This document shows, one piece after another, positions 53,612-64,000 of a DNA stretch of 64,000 nt. Positions within the stretch are counted from its first letter, which is position 1; the number at the start of each line of letters is the position of its first letter. The position numbers and the translations under genes are program-made. Below the pieces are notes generated by a model. That model was not told where the DNA came from. It searched no databases and saw only the letters and a list, made by a program, of their open reading frames with translations. The DNA lies in assembly GCF_001194135.2 (NCBI RefSeq), contig NC_068992.1, forward strand, positions 5,631,743-5,695,742, in the 5' to 3' direction. This stretch comes from Octopus bimaculoides (taxonomy: Eukaryota).

Positions 53612-55359
53612 TTTCTGAAGATATACTTATTTTACAAGAAGTATTTATTCCTATATCAATGTTTGCTCCACTTATCCATTTATCAAGGGAATTAGCGTGG
53701 TATTTTTAATCACATTTATCGTGTCTTTCTGTAAAATATTTTGTTTCGTGTGACAATCATTCCTTTAGACATTGTTAAAAGAAAGCTATTACAAATATTC
53801 AGCTGAGGAAATGTACATTCTATGTCTTTTAGCGAATTGGTGGTATTCAGTTATATCTATAAGATTTCGAAATTGTCTGCACCTAACATATCAAACCTCC
53901 TTGAATAAACAGAAATATATGTAATTTGGTTACTTTAACTGTATTCTAGTTCATATGTGTAACCATATTTACCACTGAGTCTCAATTGTGTTTATAACGA
54001 ATAATTAATTATGAATTATAATATTCAGTTTACTTTGACATTTTCCACCTAGAGAATATAATGTGTAGTTCTTCCCTCAAGAAATAGATATACACTATTC
54101 AATACAACAAAGCGTACGCACACTTGGTTTAACAGTCGTAGAAGATTTCTTAATTTATATTTGAAACTTAATTTGAATGTTCTAAGAATTAATTATTGTG
54201 GGAGGTGCGTTTTTATATTTCTAAAACTAATTGAGTGCTATTCATATTGTACAATTGAAATTTTGAATAGGTTCTTATATTAAAGTTTATCAAGATATGT
54301 CAAAATATGTCAATGCATAATTTGTTGATTTCTCAGTTGAGATTACTGAGATGAATCGTGAACGTAAATTAGGTTATTTTAATGCAGATTATGTTTGCAG
54401 TATGGAAGGTATTTGTATTGAGTAATGTGGAGTTCTGATGGTATTAAAGGAACAGGAAGAAAAAAAAAGAACAATATGCCAGCAGCAGAGGAATGTTTAA
54501 AGAACATAGCTGATATTATGCTACTCTATGTTAGTTACAGGAAAATATAATGAAGATCGAAATATGAAACCTCGCCAGCGGCAGTAAGGATGAAGCTAAA
54601 AGAAATATTAAACTTCGCACCTGACAAACTAGTATGGTAATATGGAATATTATACCTTCAACCTGACCAATAAAATATGTATATAGCAAAGACAAAATCA
54701 AATAAATTGAGATTTTACAGATATTTAATATTCAGATAACTGCAATATTTACTTATGCCGCCAACCATTTCTTGTATTAATGAAATTTCCATTTTAAATC
54801 TAGGGTGAAGAACAAAAAGAAAAGAAAACGTCAGCGGCTGTGTTGAAGTAGTAAATTAAATTAATTGTTTTATTTGTTTAAATTGAATTTCGTTATCAGA
54901 GAAGAAGAATGTAATCGACCCAATAACAAGTAACTTTTCATTTGTCTTGCTGAGAAACAAATTGATCAGGATCTATTATAACAAGTATCAAATTGAGAAG
55001 AAAAAAATTCTCAAATATCAGCGTGGCTTTATTTATTTAATTCGAAAGTCTTCCTTGGGATAAGGTGATATATTTGATAGCTTGAGCTGTCTTAGTGTAT
55101 TACATATTACGCATTTATCCAAATGATGAGCTGTTTGCTTGCAGTCTGGCTTTGAAAGACCAACGCTGTATATGTGACGATAAATATAATAGTCTAGACT
55201 CATTAACCACTTTATGCCTCCATCAGTATGTTATGCAAATGTAGGACACGACTTTATTTTCTTTATATTTTAAATCTTATTGCTGCATTTTATATTTCCT
55301 TTATCATATAAACAGCAACCCTTGCTGCGTGTGTGCAACATCGCTATGGTTTTGAATTC

Positions 55360-55750
55360 TCTCTGCGAGACTTTCGTATCAACTGCGTAACTAGCAATGG
55401 TGGCTATCCGGGCAGCTGAGGGCATATCTGAGAGGGCCACTATAAAAAGCAGTGGTCCCAAGACTGTGCCTTCTGGAACACCACACTATTTGTGTTGTCT
55501 TTGAGATGGTTCCCTTGGCCACTACAGCCTGACTTTATCTTTCAGAAAGTCATGTAACTACTCTTCAAGACCCCCAGCTTCGCCGGGATAACTCAGTTTG
55601 TGGCATATCATACCATGATACATTTTATCAAAAAGTTTTGCAAAGTCAAGGCATATAACGTCCACATTTGAGTTATCGTGTAGCTGCTTCAACACCCAGT
55701 CATAGTTCTGTAAGGGCTGGGTCGGACACGACTCCTACCTGGTCGAAAAG
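55360..55750 (-). mobile_element. Decayed CR1/L2-group LINE reverse transcriptase fragment
   Basis: FRPGRS..QNYDWVLKQL..NVDVICLDFAK..DKMYHGMICHKL..LHDFLKD..GVPEGTVLGPLLFIVALSDMP..SYAVDTK. The YADD motif is mutated to YAVD, and there are frameshifts. Confidence 0.9.
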
Positions 55751-56509
55751 CTTTATTTCTCAATATATGCTTCAGAATGTTTTGTTATAGAGCACAACTG
55801 GAAATATCTTGCACAGCTATTCCTACTCTTAGACATATTTTTCTCATCAATATGCGTCCCAAAATTACAGAATAAAGGGACGAAATAATATATTTATATG
55901 AATGCCCTTGTCATTAGTATGACCGTTCGATCTTAATCGAAGGAAAAATTAAAGATTAAATATTCCAGCCGTGCTGTCAGGACAGGTAATAGTGTCAACG
56001 ATTCAAACATTTTATTTTCTTTCGACTTAGACGATGAAAAAAATAAGAAAAAGAAACGCTGTTCTTCCCTTTATGCTATCAGTGCCGAAATTCACGAAAA
56101 TAAGGATAAATTTCAACGTTATCTACGTAACAAATATTTTATCCGTAACGATAAGCCTTTAGCTCTAAGCTTGAGTCGTTCTTCTGCATTCAAATTACTT
56201 ATCAATGTTAAGCTTTTATTACTTCCATCTACAAGTAGCTAAAAATTGATCTATCATCATTCCTAAGGCGAACGTTAGATATTTGGAATCACACGAAATA
56301 CAGACTTATGTATACACATACGTAAAAAAAGCACACACGGGGGGAATCTAAAAAGCGCGTAGGCAACACGTTTCTCTCGATATCTTGCTATCTATCAATC
56401 AATCTTTGACTCCATCTCTATCATGTTCCTACACTCACACACGCATATATATATATATATGAAATATACATGCCTGTGTATGTAAGTGTGTATGCATATA
56501 CATACATAC

Positions 56510-56595
<86 letters not shown>

Positions 56596-58074
56596 GGAAA
56601 TGAAAATATGAGGAGGGAAACCAAAATGTACAGAAAGAGAAAACTATTCATCCGCTGTCACTAAGAATTTTATGACTATTTTGTTTTAACTTAGAAGTCT
56701 CTTTCGCCAGTGGCCTACTAACTTTCTGAAAGATTTTCTACGCAAGAAAACTGCAGAAAAAAAATAATAAAAAATAAAGAAAACGAAAAGGACTGTAAAA
56801 AGAGACTTGTTAGTAATAAAGTATGAGAAAATCTTCTATTTTCCGTCAAACAAAAACAGTAGTCAATGTATATAAAGTGTAAAGAGAGGGTACTACAAAC
56901 ATGTAAAGAGAAATATGACTCTGTTCTGATTGAACATAAAACAAGGTGAAGCGCAATGTTTCGACTGATATCATGTGAGAATCAAAGAATGACTCTGCAG
57001 AGATCTAATGCTAGAGGGAAGAAAATATTTGATTGCTTATTTATTAATGGGTGAACAGAAGAAATAGCGGAGATGTAGAAAAGGGTGCACACTAATACCT
57101 GCATGATTTTGGAAAAAGATGGACAGGAGAGGAAATATGGTGAGAGAGAAAGAAAGAGAGAGAAAAAGAGAAAGAGAGAGGGAGAAATACATTGTGCGAT
57201 CAGTGGGGACCAAGTAGAATATCTGACAAATAAAATAGGGATAAAGATAGACAGACAAGGGAGGGATAGGTGAGAGAAGGATGTTGAATGTCAGCTGTTT
57301 AAGAGAAGTGCGTTTATGTCCAGTTTGGTTTGATCTTGATTTCCATGCCTCACTCGTTTTATTTAACCACCGTGAAAAGTTTAGTCTTTCATCCCTAACC
57401 CACGCAGCCTCTCGCCCAAGATAAAAGATGGCATTTTTCTGTGTGTCTTCTCTCTGGATCACCTCTCGCACATTCTTCTTGCTCTCTCTTTGCTTATATC
57501 AAACTATAACTCGTCTTTTCATTGTAAATCCGTTTCTCTCTCCCTATTTTTACATACTTGTCTCTCTTTCCATCTCACCCGTAATCCACGGCGTTCTCTC
57601 TCTATACTCCCCCACACTGATTGACAATCAAATACACATATACATATATGCGTATGTATAGGCAGAAATATCAACACACACAAACACACACCCACGCAAA
57701 CACGCAAACATATATACAAAGGGGAGGACTTGTCTGTGGGTCTAGATATATGTATANNNNNNNNNNNNNNNNNNNNNNNNNNNNNNNNNNNNNNNNNNNN
57801 NNNNNNNNNNNNNNNNNNNNNNNNNNNNNNNNNNNNNNNNNNNNNNNNNNNNNNNNNNNNNNNNNNNGCAAACATATATACAAAGGGGAGGACTTGTCTG
57901 TGGGTCTAGATATATGTATACACGTATTCATATATATATACATGTATATACATGGTTCGTATTCTTAATTACGCGTATTGTTTGTGTTTGATTTTGTCGA
58001 CTACACAGTATCGTAGGGTTAGTTGGGCACCGTCGGTGAAAAAAAACCATGACGCAATTCAGTCTGTCACAAAT

Positions 58075-58478
58075 TTGGAAACGACAATCTGTACTGCTTG
58101 TCATACGCACCAGAAGCTCCAATATTAACATTTCAAAGGCTTTGAGTGTCAATCTGATGACAGGGAGAAAATTCGGAAAGAGTTGCATGAGTGTAACTCC
58201 CTTCATAAGTACGTGCGGGGTGTAGTTGAGCGAAAAAAAACAAGCAAATCCTTCTAACGACAAAAATGAACTATAGGCAAGAAATAATGCAGTATTCACC
58301 AACTTAAAAAAAGGAAACGTCGAAAAGAATTGCTGGAGATTCCGAAGTTTTTTGGAGTCTGTGATTAAAGTCAATGGCGATTTTATTGAATATATTTAAT
58401 GTCTAGTATTTCAAGATATTTTTATGTAGTTTTGGTAAATATAAATACTAGAATGAGATGCCAGTATTACTTTCCTTT
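58075..58478 (+). mobile_element. Tc1/mariner (maT/DD37D-like) transposase C-terminal fragment and 3' UTR
   Basis: ECNSLHKYVRGVVERKKQANPSNDKNEL*ARNNAVFTNLKKGNVEKNCWRFRSFLESVIKVNGDFIE matches DCNPLDYYVWGAVER...FTNL...RFRSRLEAVVEANGDFIE. Confidence 0.85.
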
Positions 58479-58548
58479 CAGCCGAAACCTTGTGTTAACT
58501 ACAAACAAGATGACAAATATCCGTCAAATGTAAATAATGTAAATAATG
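58479..58548 (+). mobile_element. Copy 3 (3' part only) of the hammerhead-bearing repeat
   Basis: CAGCC-GAAA-CCTT-GTGTTAAC-tacaaacaagatgacaaatatccgtcaaatgtaaataatgtaaataatg aligns to the reverse complement of copies 1 and 2. Confidence 0.8.
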
Positions 58549-60163
58549 AACCTCTATATTGTCGAAAAAACATTGAGCAGTTATCCTCATCTCCACATTC
58601 TGGTACGTGACACGATTCATCTTGATACATGTAAGTCTTTTCCACTGTTTAGAAAACTCCCAATCCTCCATTTCAGCTTCTCTATAACTACAACTCATAC
58701 CTTCATGCTTTCCATCACCGGTGATTCTGCACAAATACTTCAAGCGATTCCTGAACACTCTGTATATAGATATGTGTGTATTTGTGTGCGCAATGTCTGT
58801 GTGTAAAAAATATGCACAAAAACATGTGTATATTATCTTAAAATACACACATGCAGCCTATCCATGTATAAAGGAATATTGGGTTTGTGAAATCAAGTGG
58901 CGATACAGATTGTTCTAAAATGAAAATGCCATATGCCAGTTAATGCAGTGTGCAGTATCTTACTCCTCATGTTTCAGTATTAACTAATGTAGTTATATGA
59001 ATGTATACAAATATATGAGACAAATATTCAGAGATATCTGAAAAATATAATGAGAGCTAGTTATTAAACCATCTGTTGCGAAATTCAGACACGCGTGAAT
59101 GAATAATGTGAAATGACAGTGTTTGTTGAAATTCAAACACAACACTGCAATCAATGAAACAAGAGCAACATCAACAGATGCGTCTGTACACACATGTATC
59201 TATGTATGTTTACATTCAATGAAAACGAAAAGATCAAAATTAAAAACGAGTAAATTAAACAAACAAAACTCGCTCTCACATTCAGACGACTGCCGTAATA
59301 TGCAAAAGAAAACACGAATAAATGCTTACAGAGCAACACCACTGCGACTGAAATTCTCAATGGAGTGGGCAAGATAGGGATTAAGTGACAGAGAGAAATA
59401 GACATTAGTAGGAAACAATATGTAAAACTCAGTTACATTTTGAAAAACAAATCATCCCGAAATCGAATATACTGGAGTGGATTTTGTCGACTAGTACATA
59501 TAAAGGATACAATGATTAATCTTATCTTTGATTAATTAACTACGTATTTAATAGAAAGCAACAGAAAATAGAACTACATAATTTTTTTTAAAAACGATCA
59601 GATGTATTAACATAGCACTGTGGGCAATAAAGAAATATATATTTATATGCATATAAAAGAGTACACAGGCAGAGTATTTATGCTTATATTCAGGAGTACA
59701 GACGCAGAGACAAATCAGGCGCAATCCCACATTTGCTCTGAATATAGACACCAGGAAAGACAGAACATTCATTGTTAAAAATAGTTTTAGTTTCCTTCTA
59801 TAGAAAATATTTATTCTTAAATTATTTTTCCCGATTATCTAGTATAGCTACAAAAAGGCGGCATGATACAAAGTTATTGGATTGTATCGTTTAAGAATTT
59901 CCCTACGTCTCTTTATTTTATCAAGATAATATATTAACGGATATATAATACAATATTTTCTGGTCTGTTTTTTTTTAATTTTTATTTTTGGAGAGTCTGG
60001 ACAGTTATTGAATTTAATTTAATTACATAATACATACCGATACAGCGTTGATGAATGACTTTTGCACAAAACACAAGTACTTAATATTCAAACGTAAGAA
60101 ATAAATAGAAAACTTTCTTGAGAAATGTATTCAATCCATTGATCAAAGATAAGTTGATAACTC

Positions 60164-60201
<38 letters not shown>

Positions 60202-61729
60202 TCAGTAAATTTATAGATGCGAAAGTGATTATNNNNNNNNNNNNNNNNNNNNNNNNNNNNNNNNNNNNNNNNNNNNNNNNNNNNNNNNNNNNNNNNNNNN
60301 NNNNNNNNNNNNNNNNNNNNNNNNNNNNNNNNNNNNNNNNNNNNNNNNNNNNNNNNNNNNNNNNNNNNNNNNNNNNNNNNNNNNNNNNNNNNNNNNATAT
60401 ATATAGTATTGCTTGATGAAATAACAATGTTCAACTGCTTACTTTATAAAGTATGGAAATACTGGAGATAAAGCGTTTTGTTTTTAATGCAAGTATATAA
60501 GAAATGAACCCGTAGGTTTATTCCTGAAAACGTATGCTCTTACGTATTATAGATAATTATTTTTTGTTGCCTACTTATTTTGATAAATTAACTGATGAAT
60601 ATTAGATGTATCGTATATTTTGCCAATCTCCGTGAATGTGTAAATATTTACGAGAGTGAAACATGCCAACGATTTTAGAGGAGATAAAGAAAGTGTACAA
60701 ATGTAGAATAATTTTCAGTAAGGTGTTGGATAAAGAAGTGCAACAATGTGAATTGGAATAATTTTTCAGCAGTAGCTATTTCAGTAGTTCTAGAACGAAT
60801 GAGTTATTTACAAATGGTTAATTAAGAAGACTACTGAAATAATAAATTATGGTTTTCCTCCTCACTACGTTTGTAATGTTCCAATCACGGGAACTTGTGA
60901 ATGTTTCCAAATGTTATTTCAGCTTCTATTTATTGGAGGAAGTAAGATAACGGAAACGAAAAGAAGGAAAACTTAGAACAATACATAAATTGAGAGGAGA
61001 AACGCCGGAGTATGCTAATACTGTCATCAGTAATTGTTTTCTGGGTAGCCTCTGGCAATCTCTGGAGAGGCTTAATATATGTGTTAATTGAAGAAAGAGG
61101 CTATGAAATTAAATCAAGTGTAATTAGCTGACACAAATTCTAGTTGTCAAAGATCCACATCCATAATATGAATTATCCCCATTGTAGGTGACAGTTTTAT
61201 AATATCAGCAGAAGCCTTTCAGCGGAGTTTTATATGTTTACTAATGAAGGCCTTTCACTTGCGCTTGTCAATGTTGCATTTATTTGCCGTATTGAAGTAA
61301 CACCACGTTATGTAGTCAAAACGAGACCTAAATGCAATCATTGCCCACGGCTGTCGTCCACTTTTTAAGATGTAGTAAATAAGATCATTTTATCTTATTT
61401 TTCTTTTTTGTATATTAAAACGTTTCTATTCACTTGTTTAGTCTCTTGGAATATCAACTGAATCTTCCACAAATAACTGGATTTGGAAAAGAAAGCACAT
61501 ATTGGATGAAATACTAAATCACAGCAACATAAATAATCACAACCTGAAACTAATTCAAAGACTTGGTGGACTTCATCGTCGCCACTCTGGTTATCGATAC
61601 AATTTCTCAACTAAAATCTTGAATTTACAACTTCATCCAGTGGATTACTGTTGTGTACCCGGAGTTCATCTCTGTCTTTGCATTTATAACTTCAAAATCT
61701 TACAACATGGCCAGTTTTGACAATAAACT

Positions 61730-61890
61730 TTCGTGAAGTTTATATCTTCTAAAATTCTCCTTTTCCACCAAACGTGTTTAATTCCTTATCTAACCGTCGA
61801 TGGTCTGTTCTCAGTAGTTCTTAATCTTTTCTTCCATAGTCCTACTTGCAGCCTTTATGAGATTATTTGTTTGTGAGATGTTTCTAGACA
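61730..61890 (-). mobile_element. Probable R4/Dong-clade pre-RT (N-terminal) ORF remnant
   Basis: RNISQTNNLIKAAS and, in another frame, VWWKRRILEDI recall the R4-type ITETNNLIxAA…EPWWKRRIxxDI motifs. Confidence 0.55.
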
Positions 61891-64000
61891 TGCCAGTTTC
61901 TAGACACTGATATTTCTTCAAATACCGCAGCTACATTTCAGTTTGTTCTTCGAAACAAGGAGTACACCTGCATGTACAAACCAGATGTTCAAAAATTAGT
62001 CACATCCATTTATTCTGCCAAACTTACTCAATTACTCCATTAGCTTTTTACTCCTGTCCTGCCAGCGCTGCACACTAGACTCTGTTTCACTGAGAAGCCT
62101 CCTTTTACTGTTATACTTATTTTAGATATTAATCTTAGTCAAGTTATTTACCTTTGAATGTTGCATTTGCCGAAAGTATTCGCCTGTCAGAGACAATGGT
62201 TCAAAAGCATAAAGATGAGCCATTAGGCGTTATGGTGAATTGAAATGGACAACGATATTTATTACACCCTATATGCATACTTAAGTGGGGAAAAATAAAC
62301 GTTGACGAAACACGGATACATGAAACGAATATATAAACAATGAGGCTATAATTGAAAACAAGCTTTTCTTTTTCACTAAGAATGCATATATCACTTAGTT
62401 ATATTACTTTCATTAACTAGGTCCTGCATTTCATAAAAACGTTGTGCATAATGTAAAATTTTCTTTTCGGGACGAAGCGCATTTTACTGTTCATAATGAA
62501 TTGACTAATTTATTGTTTTGTGTTTCAGGGCAAATATTTCGAAAGAGAAAGCAATACGTTTAAAATTTTTTTAATTGTTTTATATATTTATAAGTTAAAA
62601 TATTATCATTGCACAATTTATGCAATCGTTCCCGTCTGTATAATACATGGCTGTCGTTTAAATAGATAATGTGTTTTTAGAGGCATTTTATGAAGAAGCG
62701 AGCGGCTTAATGTTTCAGAATTCAAACAAAGAAAATGGCCGATATTGAAATTAAATTGCAAGAGGTGCCAGTTGTTCATTAGCTCTGTATGATTAATTAA
62801 ATTCTTTTAAGTAAAATATGACAATTTATTCAATTTAATTAACATGAGTTATGCCACCGGTATAATTGTAAATGAGTGAATCCCAACATCAAGTTCATTC
62901 CATTAGCATGTCCAAGAAAATTGTTTGAATTTCCTTTAGGGAAAATGCAGATATTCTCCAATTCTATTCATCTACTGTAAAACACAGATTGGTACACTAC
63001 TTGGTCATACTTTCCTCGTGTCATGTTGCGTTATAACGAAGTTGATTTCACTTTTCTCTGACATAAGAATAATGGGCAAGATATTCGAATAGCTGTTGGT
63101 TAAACAACAAAAACTTATATAAATAGGTCCAATTAGTAAATTAATTTCTATGGTCAGCGCTATTAATTGAAGCGTGAAGCTACAAATTCCAACCCTTCTC
63201 TCACATAACTCTCAACAGCAATTCCAGAAACAACGGACTGGTTTTCCTATAATGACGTCCGCTATTCTTCCGCAGGATGGCATTCAACAAAAATCCTCCA
63301 TGCTTTTTCTACTTCGTAGCACTCACCAAAATGTTTACCACTAACTTCCATTGTTTTCAGAAATTGTTCAGGCGATATAATGAGCAAAACTTTGATATTC
63401 GACCACATATTGCCAGAGCCTCTCACTCTTTTCAATGTGAAAACAATTGTTGTTATCCAACAATGTTACCAGGGCTAATAATGTTGGAAGTTATTGCAGC
63501 ATCCTACTGATATCAGGAGGATGAACGAGTCTAAAAGTATTTCTTATCATTTTGTTTGTAACTGACTTGTTCATCACACATTAAAAGTCAGTATAGACCA
63601 TTATTAGCAGTACACACTCCTACAGTTTAGCCTATAAACGTTAAATATACTTCTGCGAGTCTCCGTTACCCAACAGACACATTTCATATATTCTATTATT
63701 CCAAACATAAAGCACTTTGACGAAAAAGGACTACGAAATGCGGCACCTATTGCCTAGCTGAGGAATCCGTTATATGTTCCGTTTTTTATTTAATATCATT
63801 AAGAGTATAAAAATATAACATGTTCGGAGACCAGTTAATATTCGTAGTTTAACTAATGTTATTTAAAATGTAATAATTTGTATTGTTTCCTCTCCCAAAA
63901 TATATATTGAATTACATCTTCGGTATTCAGCAATCTAGCGCTTTCAATTTTGTTTTTTACTTCACCATTATATAAAATAGGATACATGTTCATAATATAT

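Noticed and set aside
54388-54582. Two further exon-like segments (21 nt at 54388-54408 and 43 nt at 54540-54582) that join each other in frame
   Set aside because: I could not connect them in phase to the 52994 donor with a credible intermediate exon, so they are left uncalled.
57704-57920. 53-bp perfect direct repeat (57704-57756 and 57868-57920)
   Set aside because: The copies sit exactly on either side of an N-gap; almost certainly overlapping contig ends, not a biological duplication or LTR.
58154-58180. CTGATGA...GGAAAG within the Tc1 fragment
   Set aside because: No stem II pairing; chance match.
61000-61035. CTGATGA followed by hairpin AGTAT/ATACT on the minus strand
   Set aside because: No GAAA after the hairpin, so it is not a hammerhead.
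63160-63510. Complex, slightly GC-richer stretch with a 77-aa ORF and a faint IEK-EALAI (Gypsy RNase H-like) echo
   Set aside because: No consistent frame or recognisable motif series; needs BLASTX.

Overview
AT-rich, microsatellite-dense eukaryotic DNA from a draft assembly with eight N-gaps. The SINE-like and other repeats resemble those I associate with Octopus/cephalopod genomes (inference, not a database result). Almost every ORF in the supplied track is a microsatellite or gap artefact, or a transposon fragment or its antisense frame. What can be supported: (1) decayed mobile elements, namely a Ty3/Gypsy gag relic, three R4/Dong-clade LINE fragments, a CR1/L2-type RT fragment, several Tc1/mariner fragments and several tRNA-type SINE copies; (2) 17-bp and 21-bp minisatellites and many microsatellites; (3) a hammerhead ribozyme with a fully intact core at 22429-22495 (+), plus a separate three-copy ~180-bp (TAA)n-associated repeat whose reconstructed consensus is a minimal (Penelope-type) hammerhead; (4) short, splice-site-bounded, phase-compatible candidate exons on the + strand, suggesting much of the window is intronic sequence of an unidentified multi-exon gene. 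No tRNA, rRNA or CRISPR features were found. All protein family assignments come from manual translation and motif recall and need HMM/BLAST confirmation.
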